From Candidatus Limnocylindria bacterium (GTDB lineage Bacteria; Chloroflexota; Limnocylindria; QHBO01): a stretch of DNA of 45,394 bases. The notes under the pieces were generated by a model, which saw only the letters and a list, made by a program, of their open reading frames with translations, had not been told where the DNA came from and ran no database searches. Below, one piece after another: positions 18,464 through 27,279 of the stretch (its first letter is position 1; every line of letters starts with the position of its first letter). Both the position numbers and the translations under genes were made by a program. The stretch covers positions 1 through 45,394 of the forward strand of contig DASTYP010000064.1 in NCBI GenBank assembly GCA_035764845.1. Direction: 5' to 3'.

Positions 18464-19531
18464 ATGCCACCGCCCACCCCGCTGATCTTCTCCGAGGCGC
18501 ACCGCGCCCACGACGGCCTGGTCGAGCTGTTCGCCGGTCGCGAGATCCCGTGCTGGGAGTCGCCCGCCCGTGCCGAGACCATCCTCGCCGCCCTTCTCGA
18601 GACCGGCGATTACGCCCTGGAGCCGCCGGAGGAGCACGGTCCCGATGCCATTGCGGCGGTCCACGAGCTCGAGCTGATCGACCTGGTCGAGAGCGCCTGG
18701 ACCGATGCGGTCGCCGACGGCCACGACCCGGCGCGCAGCCTCCTTCCCGATACCTTCCTGCTGGCCGCGTACCGCGGCTCGATGACGCTGGAGCAGCTGC
18801 CGGCCCAGCGGCACCTGCGCCTGGGGGCCTACTGCTTCGACACCGCGACCCCCATCGTCGCGGGGACGGCGGCGGCCGCCCGGGACGCGGTGGACGTGGC
18901 CCTGACCGCGGTCGATCGGGTGCTCGAGGGCGGGGCGCGGCTGGCCTACGGCCTGTGCCGCCCGCCGGGCCATCACGCCGGCCGGAACCTCATCGGCGGC
19001 TACTGCTTCTTCAACAACGCCGCCATCGCGGCCCAGTCGATGCGCGACCGTGGCGCGGAGCGCGTGGCGATCCTGGACGTGGACTTCCACCACGGCAACG
19101 GCACGCAGCAGCTGTTCTGGGAGCGCGGCGACGTCCTGTACGTCAGCCTCCACGGCGATCCGCGGGTCAGCTACCCGTACTACTCGGGCTTCGCGACGGA
19201 GCGCGGCGCGGGCGACGGCGAGGGCGCGACCCGCAACTTTCCGCTCCCGCCCGGTACCGATGGCCACGCGTACCTCGCCACCCTCGACGAGGCGCTCGCC
19301 ACCATCCGGGCCTTCGACGCGGATGCGCCGCTGGTCGTGTCGCTGGGCTTCGACACCTACGAGACCGACCCGATCAGCTCGTTCGCGCTGCGGACCGACG
19401 ACTACGCCCGGATGGGTGCGCGCATCGCGGACCTCGGGATGCCGGCGGTGGTGCTCCAGGAGGGCGGCTACGCGGTCGACGCCATCGGTCGCAACGCGGT
19501 CGCGTTCCTCGGCGCGCTGCGGGACGGGTGA
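18464..19531 (+). CDS. histone deacetylase-family amidohydrolase (acetoin utilisation / acetylpolyamine amidohydrolase-like)
   Basis: 355 aa from ATG 18464 with RPPGHHA, GGYCFFNNAAIAA, DVDFHHGNGTQ and GFDTYETDP catalytic and zinc motifs. Confidence 0.85.
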   Translation: MPPPTPLIFSEAHRAHDGLVELFAGREIPCWESPARAETILAALLETGDYALEPPEEHGPDAIAAVHELELIDLVESAWTDAVADGHDPARSLLPDTFLLAAYRGSMTLEQLPAQRHLRLGAYCFDTATPIVAGTAAAARDAVDVALTAVDRVLEGGARLAYGLCRPPGHHAGRNLIGGYCFFNNAAIAAQSMRDRGAERVAILDVDFHHGNGTQQLFWERGDVLYVSLHGDPRVSYPYYSGFATERGAGDGEGATRNFPLPPGTDGHAYLATLDEALATIRAFDADAPLVVSLGFDTYETDPISSFALRTDDYARMGARIADLGMPAVVLQEGGYAVDAIGRNAVAFLGALRDG

Positions 19532-20727
19532 CCGGCTCGACCCCACGCCCGGCGCTGTGGCCGGCGTACCTGGCGACCTTCACCTTCATGCTCGGCGGCT
19601 GGGCCACGTCCATCGCCGTGCCGCTGAACGTCGTGCTGCTGGGCGGCTCGCTGGCCGAGGCCGGGGTGCTGGCCGCCATCCGGTTCGGGCTGCAGGCGTT
19701 CCTCCAGCTCCCCTTCGGCGCGGTGATCGATGCCTGGGGGACGCGCCGCGTCCTGTTCATCGCCACGGCCGGCAACGCGCTGGTGAACGTGGTCCCGGTG
19801 CTGGCCGTCGTGACCGGCAGCATCCTGCCGCTGTACGCGTGGGCGGTGCTGTCGGGCGTCAGCGCGTCGCTCTTCCTGCCGTCGACCAGCGCCTACATCG
19901 CTGCCAGCGCCGAGCCGAGGACGCGCGGCAGCGCCTTCGGGTGGCTGACCCTGTTCACGCATACCGGCGTCGCGTCGGGCCCGGCCGTCGGCGGGGTGCT
20001 GTGGGACCTCGCCGGTCCGGCTCCGACCTACGTCGTGGCCGGTCTCCTGGGCGCCATCGCGGTGGTCGCGCCGTTCTTCGTGCCCGCGGTCGTCCCGCAG
20101 CGCGTGCGGCTCACGCGTCTCCCCGGCATGGTGGCCGAGGTCGCGCGGCAGCGCGCGATCGTCGGCTCCTGGGTCGCGGCGCTGGCCATCGGGTTGCCGT
20201 GGGGCGCGGTCTCGGGCCTGTTCCCGCTGTTCGGCACCGGCATCGGCCTCACGGCCGGGACGGTCGGCCTGCTCATGGCCAGCCAGTCGGTCGCGAACGG
20301 CGCGTCCCGGGTGCCGTTGGGGCGGACGATCGATCGCCTGCCGATCCCGCCCATCGTGGCGGCGCTGACGGCGGCGGGCTACGGCGTCGTCATCGGTCTC
20401 CTGGGCCTCCAGGGCAACGTCGTGCTCATCCTCGTGGTGCTCGTGGCCGGAATCGTCATGCTCGCCTTCACGCTGATGCTGGTGCAGGTGACCATCAGCG
20501 AGGTCGCCCGACCGGAGGTGCGGGCCACGGGCCTGGGCGGGTACGGCACCGCGCTGTCGGCAGGGCTCGGACTCGGCCCGGCGCTCGGTGGCGCCATCGC
20601 CGACGCGGCGGGCTTCGGCTGGGCCTTCGCGACCATCGGCGTTGCCGGGGTGGCGGTCGCCGCGGTGGCCGCGCTGGTGCTCATAGGCACGCGCCGGCGC
20701 CCGGCCGTGGTCGTCTTCGACGCTTGA
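19528..20727 (+). CDS. MFS transporter
   Basis: About 399 aa from GTG 19528, a GTGA overlap with the HDAC stop. It has about 12 hydrophobic segments and an MFS-like loop GAVIDAWGTRRV. Confidence 0.75.
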   Translation: MTGSTPRPALWPAYLATFTFMLGGWATSIAVPLNVVLLGGSLAEAGVLAAIRFGLQAFLQLPFGAVIDAWGTRRVLFIATAGNALVNVVPVLAVVTGSILPLYAWAVLSGVSASLFLPSTSAYIAASAEPRTRGSAFGWLTLFTHTGVASGPAVGGVLWDLAGPAPTYVVAGLLGAIAVVAPFFVPAVVPQRVRLTRLPGMVAEVARQRAIVGSWVAALAIGLPWGAVSGLFPLFGTGIGLTAGTVGLLMASQSVANGASRVPLGRTIDRLPIPPIVAALTAAGYGVVIGLLGLQGNVVLILVVLVAGIVMLAFTLMLVQVTISEVARPEVRATGLGGYGTALSAGLGLGPALGGAIADAAGFGWAFATIGVAGVAVAAVAALVLIGTRRRPAVVVFDA

Positions 20728-20764
20728 CCGATACTGTGCCCAGCACGCAGCGGAGCAACGTTCG

Positions 20765-21787
20765 GTGAAGCGCATCGGCTTCCTCTCCTTCGGTCACTGG
20801 TCGGACTCGCCCTACTCCCAGGTGCGCTCGGGCTCGGACGCCCTCATCCAGTCGATCGAGCTGGCCGTCGCGGCCGAGGAGCTGGGCGCGGACGGCGCGT
20901 ACTTCCGGGTCCACCACTTCGCGCGCCAGCTGGCATCGCCGTTCCCGCTGCTGGCGGCGGTCGGCGCCCGTACGAGCCGGATCGAGATCGGAACCGGCGT
21001 CATCGACATGCGCTACGAAAACCCGTTCTACATGGTCGAGGACGCCGGCGCGGCCGACCTCATCGCCGGCGGACGGCTCCAGCTCGGCATCAGCCGCGGC
21101 TCACCGGAGCAGGTGATCGATGGCTACCGGCACTTCGGGTACGTCCCGGGCGAGGGCGAGACCGATGCCGACATGGCGCGACGCCACGCGGAGCTCTTCC
21201 TGAAGCTGCTGGACGGCGAGGGCTTCGCCCAACCCAACCCGCGGCCGATGTTCCCGAATCCGCCCGGCCTGCTGCGCCTGGAGCCGCACGCGCCGGGGCT
21301 GCGCGACCGGATCTGGTGGGGCGCCGGCTCGACCTCCACGGCGGTCTGGACCGCGCAGCTCGGCATGAACCTGATGAGCTCGACCCTGGTCTTCGACGAG
21401 AGCGGCGAGCCGCTGCACGTGCAGCAGCGCCGGCAGATCGACGCCTTCCGTGAGGCCTGGAAGGAGGCCGGCCACCAGCGCGAGCCGCGCGTATCGGTCA
21501 GCCGCAGCATCTTCGCGATCGTCGACGACCGGGATCGCGCCTACTTCGGTCGGGGCCAGCAGGAGCACGACCAGATCGGGCAGATCGATGAGAAGACACG
21601 GGCCGTCTTCGGGCGCTCGTACGCCGCCGAGCCGCAGGCGCTGGTCGACCAGCTGCGCGAGGACACGGCCATCCAGGCGGCCGATACGCTCCTGCTCACG
21701 GTGCCGAACCAGCTGGGCGTCGACTACAACGCCCACGCCATCGAGTCGATCCTGAAGTTCGTGGCCCCCGAGCTGGGCTGGCGCTGA
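20765..21787 (+). CDS. LLM-class flavin/F420-dependent oxidoreductase (luciferase-like monooxygenase)
   Basis: 340 aa with a GTG start. The TIM-barrel LLM pattern is present (LELAVAAEELGADGAYFRVHHF..., RIEIGTGVIDM, GGRLQLGISRG). Confidence 0.75.
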   Translation: MKRIGFLSFGHWSDSPYSQVRSGSDALIQSIELAVAAEELGADGAYFRVHHFARQLASPFPLLAAVGARTSRIEIGTGVIDMRYENPFYMVEDAGAADLIAGGRLQLGISRGSPEQVIDGYRHFGYVPGEGETDADMARRHAELFLKLLDGEGFAQPNPRPMFPNPPGLLRLEPHAPGLRDRIWWGAGSTSTAVWTAQLGMNLMSSTLVFDESGEPLHVQQRRQIDAFREAWKEAGHQREPRVSVSRSIFAIVDDRDRAYFGRGQQEHDQIGQIDEKTRAVFGRSYAAEPQALVDQLREDTAIQAADTLLLTVPNQLGVDYNAHAIESILKFVAPELGWR

Positions 21788-21808
21788 CGCCTCCGCTCGG
21801 TCGCCGGC

Positions 21809-23821
21809 TCAGCGCCAGGCGATCGAGACGACCTCCACCGGCTGCTCGATGCCCTTCAGCTCGATCGTTCGGCGCTCGGCCTCCGGCACCGGCCGCCCCG
21901 CCGCCGCGACGGTACCGGCGCTGGCCAGGATCTCGCCCCCGGCCGCAGCCGCGCCGATCCGGGCGGCCTGGTTCACCCCCACGCCGATGTAGTCCAGCCC
22001 GCTGCGCGTCGCCTCGGCCTGGTGCACGCCGATGCGGACCTCCGGCGCGAAGCCGTGGGTGGCGCGCTGCTCGACCAGCCGGCGCTGGATCTCCACGGCC
22101 GCGTCGATGGCGGCGCGCGGATCCTCGAAGGCCAGGAAGAAGCCGTCGCCGGTGGCCTTGATCTCGGTGCCGCCATGCGCCGCGACGACCGCGCGCAGGG
22201 TCTCGTCGTGGCGTCGAAGGAGGCGCGTCCACGCCTCGTCGCCCAGGAGCTCGGCCAGGCGGGTCGAGTCCACGATGTCCGTGAAGACGAAGGCGCGCAC
22301 GTCGCGGCGCGCGGACGATGAGGTGGCGCCTGCGCCGCGCGCCTCCGCCGGCAGTGCGGCGATCAGCGCCTCGGTGCGGCGCAGCCCGGGAGTGGCCCCC
22401 ATCTCCTCGAACGTCGCTCGGGCGCTCTCGGCCTCGGCCAGGGCGTCGTCGGGCTGTCCGGCGGCCGCGTACGCCTCGGCCAGCCGAAGCCGGGCGCGCG
22501 CCGCCTCGTACGGCGAGCCGAACTCGAGCCAGGCCTGCACCGCGGAGCGCAGCGTGCGGGTCCCGTTCGCCGTCGCGCCCTCCGCCACCTCGACGGCGCC
22601 GGTGGCCGCCAGCGCGGTGGCCCGCAGCTGGAGCGTCCCGTAGCGGCCGGCGGTGGCGGTCATCTCGTCCGCCGCGGCGCGGGCCGTCCGCACGTCCCTG
22701 GCCTCGAGGGCGATTTCCACCTGCGCCGCGAGCAGGGGCATGCGGTACACGTCGCTCCCCGGTGGACCTCGCCACGCCGGCGTTCGGGTCGGCTCGTCGA
22801 GGGCGCGGCGGATGCCGGCGGCCGCCGCGGCGGCGTTGCCCTGCGCCAAGCGCAGGAGCGAGAGGGCCGGCTCCGGATCGGTGCCCAGCGCGTGGATCCG
22901 CTGCAGCGCCTCCTCGGCTGCCGGCAGGTCACCGCGGGCGAGCCGGATCTCGGCGATCTGGTACAGCGCGCCGCCGACGGCGGTGGGGATGTAGCCCATC
23001 ATCTCGTCGGACGCGCGTCGGGCCTCGGCCTCGGCCTCCAGCCACGACCCGCGCAGCCGCTTGATCTCGGCTCGAAAGAGGCGGCACATGCCGGGGTAGC
23101 CGCTGATCCCCTCGCGGCGGCACCAGCGGTCCTGCGCCTCGGTCCACTCGACCGCGCGCCCCCACTCGCCGATCGTCGCGCAGGACTCGATGGTGGTGCA
23201 GCAGATGCCCCCGGCGGTCGCCGGGTCGAGCTCGCCACCCACCGCCGCCACCGTGGCCTCGTCCACCAGGGCCAGCCCTTCCTCGAGGCGGCCGAGCGCG
23301 ACCAGCGCCGCGCCCCGCTCGCTCATGGCCAGCGCCTCGAGGTTGCGGTCACCGAATCGGGCGGCGATCTCCTGGGCCCTGGTGGCCTCCTCCAGCGTGC
23401 GCTCCGGCGCTCCGGCCAGCGCGTCGTGGAAGCCGCGCGTGGCCGCGACCCAGCCGTGCCCCGGATTCTCTGGGACGCCCTCCAGGAGCCGGTCCGCGCG
23501 GCTGAGCCAGGCGCTCGCGACCGAGAGCGCGTTGCGGAACAGGTGGTCACGGGCCAGCCAGACGGCGACGAGCACCGCCGTCTCGGTCTCGCCGCCCTTG
23601 ATGGCCGCGGCGTACGCGCGCTCCCGGACCTCGATCGCGGTCGGCAGCATGCCGAGCCACCACGCCGCCTCCGCCAGCAGCTCCAGCTCCTGCGCGTCCA
23701 GGCTGCCGGCGCGGTCGGCCTCGGCCAGCAGGTCGTACGCCTCGCGCCAGGCGTGTCGGTCGAGGGCGGACCGTGCGGATTCGGCGAGGCTCGAGGCGGC
23801 CATCGGTCGCCATTCTGCCAT
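21809..23821 (-). CDS. N-terminal TPR-like/helical-repeat sensor domain fused to a C-terminal class III adenylate/guanylate cyclase domain
   Basis: 670 aa. The last roughly 190 aa carry the cyclase motifs FVFTDIVDST, IKATGDGFFLAF, RIGVH and GVGVNQAARI. The first roughly 470 aa are Ala/Leu-rich repeats (AEAAWWLG...), like the helical domain of large LuxR/MalT-type regulators. Confidence 0.8.
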   Translation of the reverse strand: MAEWRPMAASSLAESARSALDRHAWREAYDLLAEADRAGSLDAQELELLAEAAWWLGMLPTAIEVRERAYAAAIKGGETETAVLVAVWLARDHLFRNALSVASAWLSRADRLLEGVPENPGHGWVAATRGFHDALAGAPERTLEEATRAQEIAARFGDRNLEALAMSERGAALVALGRLEEGLALVDEATVAAVGGELDPATAGGICCTTIESCATIGEWGRAVEWTEAQDRWCRREGISGYPGMCRLFRAEIKRLRGSWLEAEAEARRASDEMMGYIPTAVGGALYQIAEIRLARGDLPAAEEALQRIHALGTDPEPALSLLRLAQGNAAAAAAGIRRALDEPTRTPAWRGPPGSDVYRMPLLAAQVEIALEARDVRTARAAADEMTATAGRYGTLQLRATALAATGAVEVAEGATANGTRTLRSAVQAWLEFGSPYEAARARLRLAEAYAAAGQPDDALAEAESARATFEEMGATPGLRRTEALIAALPAEARGAGATSSSARRDVRAFVFTDIVDSTRLAELLGDEAWTRLLRRHDETLRAVVAAHGGTEIKATGDGFFLAFEDPRAAIDAAVEIQRRLVEQRATHGFAPEVRIGVHQAEATRSGLDYIGVGVNQAARIGAAAAGGEILASAGTVAAAGRPVPEAERRTIELKGIEQPVEVVSIAWR

Positions 23822-23845
23822 GCGCCGAGCTCCTGCGGTCCGAAA

Positions 23846-23862
23846 GGTATATCGGTATATAC
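23846..23862. promoter_or_regulatory. AT-rich tandem repeat GGTATATC-GGTATATA in the divergent cyclase/methyltransferase intergenic region (probable -10/operator elements)
   Basis: GGTATAT occurs at 23846-23852 and again at 23854-23860. This is the most AT-rich spot I saw in the window. Confidence 0.35.
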
Positions 23863-23901
23863 GCCGCGGTGGAGCGGAACCTCACGCGCCATACTCGTCG
23901 C

Positions 23902-24696
23902 GTGAGGCAGCGACGAGAGCCGAGGGCGGGCGCCCCGCGCGAGACGAGCTGGGAGCGCGTGGCGACCTGGTACGACGGGTGGGTGGGCGACGCGGGCTCC
24001 ACCTACCACCGCGAGCTCGCCATCCCGGCCACCCTGGACCTGCTGCAGCCGCAGCCGGGTGAGCACATCCTCGATGTCGGCGGTGGCCAGGGCGTGCTGG
24101 CGCCCTACCTCGTCGAGGCCGGCGCTCGGGTGACCGTGGTGGACGCATCGGCGAAGCTGATCGCCGCCGCCAAGCGACGGCACGCGAGGCTGCGCGACGC
24201 CAGGTTCCTGGTCGGGGATGCTCGGCGACTGCCGGCGGTGAGCGGCCTGGAGCCACACGCGTGCGACGCCGCGACGTTCCTTCTTTCCATCCAGGACATG
24301 GACCCGCTCGACGACGTCATGCGCGGCCTCGACTGGGCGCTGCGACCGGCCGCCCGCGTGGTGCTGCTGATGACGCACCCGGCGTTCCGGCAGGCGCGGC
24401 ACTCCGGCTGGGGATACGACGAGGGCCGGAAGCTGACCTACCGGCGCATCGACGGCTACCTGACCGAGCTGGCGGTGCCGATGAAGTCGCTGGGTGGCGG
24501 CCTCCCGACCCGCAGCTTCCACCGACCGATCAGCCGCTACGTCAACGCCCTGGCCGATTTCGGATTTGCCACGGATGCGATGCTCGAGCTGCCGGACCTG
24601 CCGCCGGATCGCCGTCCGGGCAAGGCCGCCCGCGGCGACGCGCGCGCCAACGCCGAGATCCCGATCTTCCTGGGCCTGCGCGCCGTCCGCCGCTAG
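23902..24696 (+). CDS. class I SAM-dependent methyltransferase
   Basis: Motif I is ILDVGGGQGVL, followed by an acidic VTVVDAS loop. I chose the GTG start at 23902 because the track ATG at 23773 lies inside the cyclase gene. The start position is uncertain. Confidence 0.7.
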   Translation: MRQRREPRAGAPRETSWERVATWYDGWVGDAGSTYHRELAIPATLDLLQPQPGEHILDVGGGQGVLAPYLVEAGARVTVVDASAKLIAAAKRRHARLRDARFLVGDARRLPAVSGLEPHACDAATFLLSIQDMDPLDDVMRGLDWALRPAARVVLLMTHPAFRQARHSGWGYDEGRKLTYRRIDGYLTELAVPMKSLGGGLPTRSFHRPISRYVNALADFGFATDAMLELPDLPPDRRPGKAARGDARANAEIPIFLGLRAVRR

Positions 24697-24767
24697 CGCG
24701 CGAAGCGCATCGGTCCGTTTCGGGCGAGAATGCGCACCCGCTGAATCGCCACGCACAGGATCAACCG

Positions 24768-26102
24768 ATGCTGACCACCTCCCCGCGCCGGCCGCCTGCC
24801 GCCGCTGCCGCCGTCCTTCTCGCCGTCCTGCTCCTCTTCGGGGCGCTGACCTTCGTCGCCGGCCTCGCGGTCGGTGGGTCGGGAGAGGGTGCGGCCGCCG
24901 CTTCGCCCTCGTCCAGCGGTGCCGTCTCCTCGGATGCCGGCGTCCCATCGTCCTCGCCGAAGCCCGACGTCGCGGTCGAGACGGTCACCTGCGCCGAGCC
25001 GACCGAGGCGTGGGCCGCCCTGTGCGACGCGTACGGCCAGATCCGGGAGGAGTACGTCGACGAGGAGCAGATCACCGACGAGGAGCTGATCGACGGGGCC
25101 ATCCGCGGCATGGTCGAGTACGGCCTGGGCGACCCGTACTCCGGCTACCTGACCCCCGGCCAGTACGGGGAGGCGCTGCAGGACCTGTCCGGCGAGTTCA
25201 GTGGCATCGGTGCCGAGGTCGGGATGGAGAACACGGCCAACCCCGACGACCTGGCCGCCTGCACCGTCATCACCGAGACGTGCGCCGTGGTGATCGTCGC
25301 GCCGATCGACGGATCGCCCGCGGAGGCCGCGGGCCTGCAGCCGGGGGATCGGATCCTGGAGGTCGACGGCCAGACGACGGTCGGGGAGACGCTGAGCTCA
25401 CTCGTGTACGTGGTGCGCGGCGAGGAGGGCACCGACGTGACGCTGACCATCCAGCGCGGCGAGGACACGTTCGACGTCACGATCACCCGCGGGGTCATCG
25501 ACCTGCACGAGGTCAGCTCCGAGCTGCTCGACGGTGGCGTCGGGTACGTGCGGCTCAGCTCGTTCACGGACCGCTCGACCGACCTGGTGCGCGAGGCGAT
25601 GCAGTCGTTGCTGGACGACGGCGCCACCTCGTTCGTCCTCGATCTGCGCGGGAACCCGGGCGGGTACATCGTGGCAGCCCAGGGCGTCGCGTCCCAGTTC
25701 GTCCCCGAGGGCGAGCTGCTCTTCACCGTCGAGTCCGACGGCAACGTCCGCGAGTGGCGGGCGGAATCCGGCGTGGCGCAGTCCTCCGACATCCCGGTGG
25801 TCGTGCTCGTCGACGCAGGATCGGCCTCGGCCTCCGAGATCGTGTCGGCCGCGCTGCAGGAGACGGGCCGCGCCACCATCGTCGGCGAGCCGACCTTCGG
25901 CAAGAACACGGTCCAGATCTGGAACGACCTGCCCAATGGCGGCGGCCTGCGCATCACCACCGACCGATGGTTCACGCCGGACCACAACTCGGTGGCGCCG
26001 GACGGCGTGCAGCCTGACCTCGTGGTCGAAGGTCCGCCCGATGCGACCTCGGCCGCCGATCCGCAGCTGGACCGCGCGCTGGAGATCCTGCGCGGCGGCT
26101 GA
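24768..26102 (+). CDS. S41-family C-terminal processing peptidase with PDZ domain, N-terminal membrane anchor
   Basis: 444 aa from ATG 24768. Has a signal/anchor helix AAAVLLAVLLLFGALTFVAGLAV, a PDZ block SPAEAAGLQPGDRILEVDG, DLRGNPGG, catalytic GSASASEI and TFGKNT. Confidence 0.85.
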   Translation: MLTTSPRRPPAAAAAVLLAVLLLFGALTFVAGLAVGGSGEGAAAASPSSSGAVSSDAGVPSSSPKPDVAVETVTCAEPTEAWAALCDAYGQIREEYVDEEQITDEELIDGAIRGMVEYGLGDPYSGYLTPGQYGEALQDLSGEFSGIGAEVGMENTANPDDLAACTVITETCAVVIVAPIDGSPAEAAGLQPGDRILEVDGQTTVGETLSSLVYVVRGEEGTDVTLTIQRGEDTFDVTITRGVIDLHEVSSELLDGGVGYVRLSSFTDRSTDLVREAMQSLLDDGATSFVLDLRGNPGGYIVAAQGVASQFVPEGELLFTVESDGNVREWRAESGVAQSSDIPVVVLVDAGSASASEIVSAALQETGRATIVGEPTFGKNTVQIWNDLPNGGGLRITTDRWFTPDHNSVAPDGVQPDLVVEGPPDATSAADPQLDRALEILRGG

Positions 26103-26200
26103 GTCGGCGGTCTCTCGTGGGGCGGCCGATGCATCAGCCGTTCTGCACGGGAGGGCCGTTCGGCGTGCGGTTCGGCCGCTGCATCGGTCAGCCGGGAGCG

Positions 26201-26254
26201 TGCACCGCACCGTCCGGTGCATGTCGTGCGCGCCAGTGACCGACGCGCCGGTCA
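26201..26254. terminator. two GC-rich hairpins in the convergent spacer (candidate factor-independent terminators, no U-tract)
   Basis: TGCACCG-N7-CGGTGCA lies at 26201-26221 and TGACCG-N6-CGGTCA at 26237-26254, between a plus-strand stop (26102) and a minus-strand stop (26314). Confidence 0.2.
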
Positions 26255-26313
26255 TCCGGCACCGGAAAGGCCGCTCACGCGTCACCTGACCGATCCAGCG
26301 AGCGCGACGGGAG

Positions 26314-27279
26314 CTAACCCCCGGACAGCAGGCGCAGGTACAGGTCCGGGTCCACGTTTCCGCCACTGATGACGATCACGCGGGCGACGTCGTCATCGGT
26401 TCGGGGCAGCCGGTCGTTCAGGTGCGCCGCCATCGAGGCGGCGCCGGAGGGCTCGACCACGAGGCGCGCGCGGCGCGCCAGCTGGCGGACCGCATCGGCG
26501 ATCTCGTCTTCGCTCACGGTGACGATCCCGTCCAGGAAGCGGCGCAGGTGCTCGAACGGGAGCCGCCCCAGCGAGTTGGTGCGCAGGCCGTCGGCCATGG
26601 TCCGGCCGGTCTGCTCGGCAGTCCACGCCACCAGGCGGCCGGATTCGAGGGACTCCATGGCGTCGGCGGCGAACTCAGGCTCCACGCCGACCACCCGGGC
26701 GGACGGCGCCAGCGCCTTGACGGCGGTCGCCACGCCTGCGGACAGACCGCCGCCGGAGACAGGCACGAGCACGCTCGTCACCTCGGGCAGATCCTCGACG
26801 ATCTCCAGGCCGCACGTTCCCTGCCCGGCGATGATCGCCGCGTCGTCGTACGGCTCGACCATCACGAGCCCGCGCTCCTCGACCAGCTGGAGCGCCAGGG
26901 CGTGCCGCTCCGCGGAATCCATGCCGGTGAACTGGATCTCGGCGCCGTCGCGCCGGACGCCCTCGATCTTCACCGCGGGCGCCTCGCGGGGCATGCAGAT
27001 CACCGCGTGCGTCCCGAGCAGCCGCGCGGCCCGGGCGACCGCCTGCGCATGGTTGCCGGACGAGTAGGTCACGACACCGCGGCCCCGCTCCTCGTCCGAC
27101 AGGGAGGCGATCTTGTTGTACGCGCCGCGCATCTTGAAGGCGCCGATCGGCTGCAGGGACTCCGGCTTCAGCCAGGTCGTGTCGTCCCAGCGCAGCAGCG
27201 GCGTACGGGTGGCCACACCACGGATGCGCTCGGCGGCCTCCCGGATCTCCTCGACGCTGACGATGTGCGGCTCGCCCAT
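26314..27279 (-). CDS. PLP-dependent threonine/serine dehydratase (threonine ammonia-lyase-like)
   Basis: 321 aa from ATG 27277-27279. The PLP lysine motif is GAFKMRGAYNK, with SSGNHAQAVA and a glycine loop VPVSGGGL. A 1-nt TGATG junction joins it to proS. Confidence 0.85.
   Translation of the reverse strand: MGEPHIVSVEEIREAAERIRGVATRTPLLRWDDTTWLKPESLQPIGAFKMRGAYNKIASLSDEERGRGVVTYSSGNHAQAVARAARLLGTHAVICMPREAPAVKIEGVRRDGAEIQFTGMDSAERHALALQLVEERGLVMVEPYDDAAIIAGQGTCGLEIVEDLPEVTSVLVPVSGGGLSAGVATAVKALAPSARVVGVEPEFAADAMESLESGRLVAWTAEQTGRTMADGLRTNSLGRLPFEHLRRFLDGIVTVSEDEIADAVRQLARRARLVVEPSGAASMAAHLNDRLPRTDDDVARVIVISGGNVDPDLYLRLLSGG

Noticed and set aside
23773-23901. The ATG at 23773 as the start of the second SAM methyltransferase.
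   Set aside because: It would place 49 nt of the gene inside the divergent cyclase coding region and add a non-conserved Arg-rich leader. The GTG at 23902 gives a compact protein starting just before the conserved W..V..WYD block. The start remains uncertain.
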